Source: Macrostomum lignano
Taxonomy: Eukaryota
Assembly (NCBI GenBank): GCA_002269645.1
Contig: NIVC01000010.1
Span: forward strand, 1,860,001-1,924,000
Length of the DNA: 64,000 bases
Direction of reading: 5' to 3'
Numbering within the stretch: the stretch's first letter is position 1; each line of letters opens with the position of its first letter. Made by a program: the position numbers and the translations under genes. Shown piece after piece: positions 23,652 through 64,000 of this stretch. The notes under the pieces were generated by a model. It ran no database searches. It was not told where the DNA came from and saw only the letters and a list, made by a program, of their open reading frames with translations.

Positions 23652-26184
23652 CTGAGATTTTGAGGCGAGTCTGGTCATCATTCCAATCCTATCTATAGTC
23701 AGTTAAATTTGAAGAAAAGTAAAGTTTCAAAGTCACCTTCATATCCTCGTCCACGCAGAGATCAAGTCCGAAGATCTGGAAGCAGCCGAACGCGTCCCAG
23801 ACTTTGTTCTCGATAGCTTGACTAATTCGGAGTCCAATGTGCTTGATCTGCTCCTTGACTCCCTGAAGCTCTTCTTCTTTCTGGAAGACGGCCTGCAGCT
23901 CTTGGGAGCGATCGTCCGCTTCTTCATAGAACGTTTGTGTGTCAATGCGTCTGGCCCGTTCAACCTTTTCCTCGGCGGTGCGGTAGGTGCAAACAAACAT
24001 CTTCATGTCCTTTTCGTAGTTTTCAGCCTTTTTTTTCTCCATCTCCTTGTCCGTCATCGGCTCCTCGATGTTGAGCTCTTCTTCCTCCTCGTTGATCTCG
24101 AATTCGGTGCTGGCCACCCGGCAGAATCCGTAGTGGATGAAGGAGATCACTCGACGGTAGCGAAGTACCACAACCAACAGGAAAGCTCGAATGTCCAATT
24201 TCTTTCCGTTGAACAGGAAAGGTTTATCCACAAGTCGTTGCACCATAAAGTCGTGCCTGGACGTCTCTTTGCCCTCAGTCATGTGGTAGAACTCTTGGAA
24301 TTCGGCGGCCGTGCGGAAGAACCGGAAACCGTAGCCTTTGTAAAGGTAGGCCGGCTTGCAGACAAATGTCTGGCCTTTGAGATCATCATCGAGACGGTTG
24401 CTGAAGTCTTGCAGCGCATTGTACGTACAGAAGCTTTGCACCTCCGGGATGAAAACGTCGAGATGCTTGCAGGTGTGCTTCTCAAAGTTATAGCAGCCCT
24501 TGTCCTCGCAGCCTTCTTCGTCCATGTGCATAGTTTTGACCATGTGGCGACAAATCCGGTAGGTAATTGGATTCTCCTCTTCGTCTTCGTTGGGCATTTT
24601 GGGATTCAGGATGTCCTCTTTCGGCACACCGCACTTCCAATAGCAGTGGTTACTGCGCATAAGCATGTGGTCTCTCAGAATGATGCCCATCACCTGCTTG
24701 TCCTTGACGAATATGTCGCCAGGGAAACGATTAACAACGTAGCAACCATTGCCGTTCAAGTAGCGAATGATGTGATTGGCCTTTTTCTTGCCAACCCAAA
24801 CCACGTGCCGCTCTCCCTGAGAGGTCAGCGGGAGAAACTGGGCTCGACTGATGCAGAGCACATCCTCGCAGAAGCGGCTGACCACTCGCTCGATAGCGCC
24901 CATCTTTTCCTTCTTGATTGTCGGTATGACGTCGCCTCGCTTGTTGCGCTTCACTTTTGGATGTCGTTCAATCACGATGTCCTTCATCTTCAAATAATAT
25001 TTGCCGTCGCGACGCATCTTTAGAGTTGGAAATTTGTCTAGCTTGTCTAATGCGGCGGTGGTATTGTACAGCGGATTGTTCTTGGTTGGCAGGATGTTCG
25101 GATTAACGTCGTCAGGAATCATCACGCTTCGACCGGACGTACCCGCGCCTGTGAGAATTAAGCAGAGTTGCGTTGCAAAAGAGAAATAGATTTCATTGGA
25201 AACTAGGATTAAGCTAGATAGAGAGCAGGATAACTTACGACTGGTCTTCTTCATAGGCGATTTTGTTTCCGAAGTGGCTCCGGCAGACTCTGGCGAGGCC
25301 GTCGGTACGCCCTGCTGTTCAGGAGTGGCCTCCTCCGGTGCCGACTGGTCATTCGGCTTCTCCATGGCAGAAGCTGGCGACTCCTGGTTGTGGCTGCTCT
25401 CCGGATTCTCGGCCGCCAGCTCGGCGCTGCTTCGGCGCGAGTTTCCGGCACTGCCGCGTCGAGCGTCCAAAGCGGCGCTGCTGCTGGCGCTGGCCCGGCG
25501 AAGTCCCGTGCCGACTGCACTGGCGGTTGCGCTCTCGCGGCGGCCTCCGCTACCGAAGCCGGTGACCTCGACATTGTTAGAAGATTCCGGCTTACTGGTA
25601 GTTTCGGTCTTGTTGGTGCGGCTCTGCGGCACTTCATTCGGTTGCTGGACTTCGGTTGCTTCCTGCTGCTCCTCAGCCGAAGTTCCCGTGTGATCTGCCT
25701 GGTTGCCTAGCTCCGAGGCGTTACCGGGCCTCTTGGCCGTCCCGCCGACGTCCTCCTTGCTGCCAGAGTCCGACTTTGAGTGGGTGGTCGACGTCTTAGT
25801 GGCGGCTTTTCCTGCGGTGGTTTCCACCTTGTTTGCGGACTCAGATTTCGTCTTGGACTCGGTCTTAGTTTTTGACTTCGAATCAGACTTTTTTGTTGGT
25901 TCGTCTTCGACCTGGTTCGCGTAGTCGGATACGAAAGCCTCTGGCTTGCTCTGAGAGTCCGTCTTACTCTTGGTGTTTTCCTTGCTCTTGGAGTCAATCT
26001 TTGTTCGAGATTCAACCGTTTTCGTCTGCGAATCAGTCTTAGTCCGCGAGTTGCTCTTAGTTCGCACATTCTTAAACAGCGATTCAGACTTCAATCGAGA
26101 CTCGGTCTTTGTGTCCAGGCTTTGGACAGTCGCTGTGGCGAGGGTCACCGGAGTGTCCCGCGCCTCTCTGCTGTTGTGACTCAT
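23223..26184 (-). CDS. TTLL10: Tubulin-tyrosine-ligase-like protein, TTLL10 (glycylase) clade, 3 exons, ~928 aa
   Basis: Exons 26184-25239, 25148-23737, 23651-23223 (introns 90 and 85 nt). TTL motifs CKPAYLYKGYG, VQRLVDKPFLFNGKKLDIRAFLL and GCFQIFGLDLCVDEDMK|VWLIEINS. VVPAVIMESLGLVVET resembles TTLL10 VIPGVVIETLDLVLET (recalled). Confidence 0.8.
23737..25148 (-). CDS. TTLL10: TTLL10-like exon 2 (TTL/ATP-grasp core)
   Basis: ctcacag| ... AAG|GTGACT. Confidence 0.88.
25239..26184 (-). CDS. TTLL10: TTLL10-like exon 1 (K/S/T/E-rich disordered N-terminus)
   Basis: ATG 26184, donor C|GTAAGT. Confidence 0.75.
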
Positions 26185-26744
26185 AGTTTGCGATTGTCCG
26201 TTTCTAGAACGCTGCTTTCACAGAAGTACTTTCCGGACTTGCTATCGTGGTTGGTCGAATTAGCGAGCTCTCTTGTTCTCTGCGTTGTCTCGCATTTCTC
26301 GAGCCGCCTTGCCTTAACTTGCGCGGTCCGAGAGCAGATCATCCTGTACCTCAGCAGCTTCGTCTATGGGCCGATGCTTAGTGCTCCCCTCCCCGAATTG
26401 CCGTCACTGATTAAGAGAGGAGCTATCGAATTACGTCTTTGGCAAAAGCTTCTTCAATCCGTTCTTGGCTACTAAAAATCATTCGCTTATTTTTTGTTTT
26501 CAGCATGACTTATTGATGAAGAGTTCTGCATTTTATTATCGTGATTGTGAGAGTCATCATTAATATGTGAGATTTTTCCCGATAATATTTGTAAAGGTAA
26601 TATAGTCTTTTACGCTCAAAATTCTTATGCATGAAATTTTTTCTACACCTCATTATTCTCAGGCGTAATCTTCTCAGGGGTTCATTAAAAATGAGATCTC
26701 AAAGCTACGAGTACAATAGATTTCCATTGTTGAAATATCTAAGG

Positions 26745-27105
26745 GTGCGATTCTCAAGTTAAAGCTCTCAAAGGTGGAATTTTTAGGGGTTTAGAATTCT
26801 CAAGGCGAGATTCTCAAGGGTGGAATTTTAAGGGTGAGATTCTTCAAGGTAAGATTCTCAAGGGTCAAATTCTCAAAGGTAAAATTCTCAAAGGTAAGAT
26901 TCTCAAGGGTCAAATTCTCAAAGGTAAAATTCTCAAAGGTAAGATTCTCAAAGGTAAGATTCTCAAGGGTGAGATTCTCAAAGGTAAGATTCTCAAAGGT
27001 AAGATTCTCAAAGGTAAGATTCTCAAGGGTGAGATTCTCAAAGGTAAGATTCTCAAAGGTAAGATTCTCAAGGGTGAGATTCCCAAGGGTGTGGAATTCT
27101 CATGA
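26745..27105. repeat. 15-bp minisatellite between the divergent genes
   Basis: Unit aaggtaagattctca / agggtgagattctca. Confidence 0.9.
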
Positions 27106-27235
27106 ATGGCAGTCCTCAAGACGATTTCTCAATCTAAAATTCACTCAAAACGAAGATTTTAACCAGTAAAGTAAGAATAAAACAGCGACAGTCCTCCGTA
27201 GTGACTAAGCAAGGGCGTGCGACCTGCTTTAGCGG

Positions 27236-27290
27236 ATTGGCTGTCCGTCTGCACTTCGGTTCAGCCAATGGCAGCCGTGCGCCAATGCAA
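27236..27290. promoter_or_regulatory. Three CCAAT boxes upstream of the Ig gene
   Basis: attgg 27236, ccaat 27265, ccaat 27282. Confidence 0.35.
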
Positions 27291-27584
27291 AACTGGCCTC
27301 TAAGCTATATAGCTCACCATTGCAAACCAGCAGTGAAATGCCATGGTGCAAGGAACTGCGGAAATATAGTAAAATCAGAGGAGAAACTCGTTTTTTAAAT
27401 ATAAATCTTTCTTAAAATAACAAAAAACAGGTTCATCCAGCGATGTTTACTTAGTTGAAAAAGATATGAAAAAGTTTCACCAACGAGCGGATTACCTGCA
27501 AACTAAGAAGAATCTGTGAGAGAGCTGGAAGTCTACTGATCTAAGCAGCTGTTGACAGCGGATTTTGCACCAGCACTGGCAACA

Positions 27585-63593
<36,009 letters not shown>

Positions 63594-64000
63594 TATTAGT
63601 AGTATCTGACCAATATAATGTTCGCGACAAAAATGATTGCATTTACAATCTAAATTGACTATTATTAAGAGCTAAGTCTATTCTATCATAGTCGCATAGA
63701 TTTGAGTTTGTATTTAATTTTGTTGCAGAAATTACCCTTTGCTTAGCGGTGTTGGTGCGTTTGAATTCTTCTGTGTAAAGATTTTTTTGAGAGAAATTGG
63801 TGTACTCAAATCTGCACAATCTCATATTCCTTACAGCTACAATAATATATGCTTGCATCAAAATGCTGTTTGCTAATTTTTGAAAAGTAATTCTATTTAA
63901 AAAATGAGAGTTGAGTTTTGTTTTTATATTTAAAAATCTTCTTTTCATTCTGACTCTGCCTGGATAATCTCACCATTATGAATATTGTGCCTGGATAATC

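Noticed and set aside
23652-23736. ORF-track ends of the TTL ORFs (VTLKLYFSSNLTDYR* and MMTRLASKSQ)
   Set aside because: These are the 85-nt intron; splicing restores the conserved DEDMK-VWLIEIN motif.
23818-26475. Plus-strand ORFs (401 aa, 165 aa and others) overlapping the TTLL10-like gene
   Set aside because: Antisense shadows of a GC-rich coding strand, with no recognisable motifs.

Overview
Eukaryotic (animal, probably invertebrate) genomic window with no prokaryotic features, CRISPR arrays or rRNA. Exons are GC-richer, and introns and intergenic DNA are full of micro- and minisatellites; this style resembles flatworm genomes such as Macrostomum, which is inference only. Four intron-containing genes were reconstructed by hand with GT-AG sites and consistent phases: (1) a Q/P-rich PAM2-motif protein (+, 3263-4933, 3 coding exons, ~245 aa); (2) TADA1, a SAGA subunit (-, 19180-10594, 6 exons, ~501 aa); (3) a TTLL10-like tubulin glycylase-family protein (-, 26184-23223, 3 exons, ~928 aa); (4) an Echinoid-like cell-adhesion protein with 7 Ig + 2 FN3 + TM + C-terminal EVVV (+, 27585-63593, 12 exons, ~1151 aa, including a 22.6-kb intron). 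Also present: decayed mariner and hAT transposons, nested non-autonomous DNA transposons, a tRNA-derived SINE-like element and about 30 tandem arrays. The most unusual pattern is that several intronic arrays are, on the sense strand, built from splice signals (YAG|GT ratchet-like units, TACTAAC branch point plus AG, amplified donor hexamers). In addition, related arrays sit in inverted orientation on either side of exons. Any functional role for these arrays is a hypothesis.
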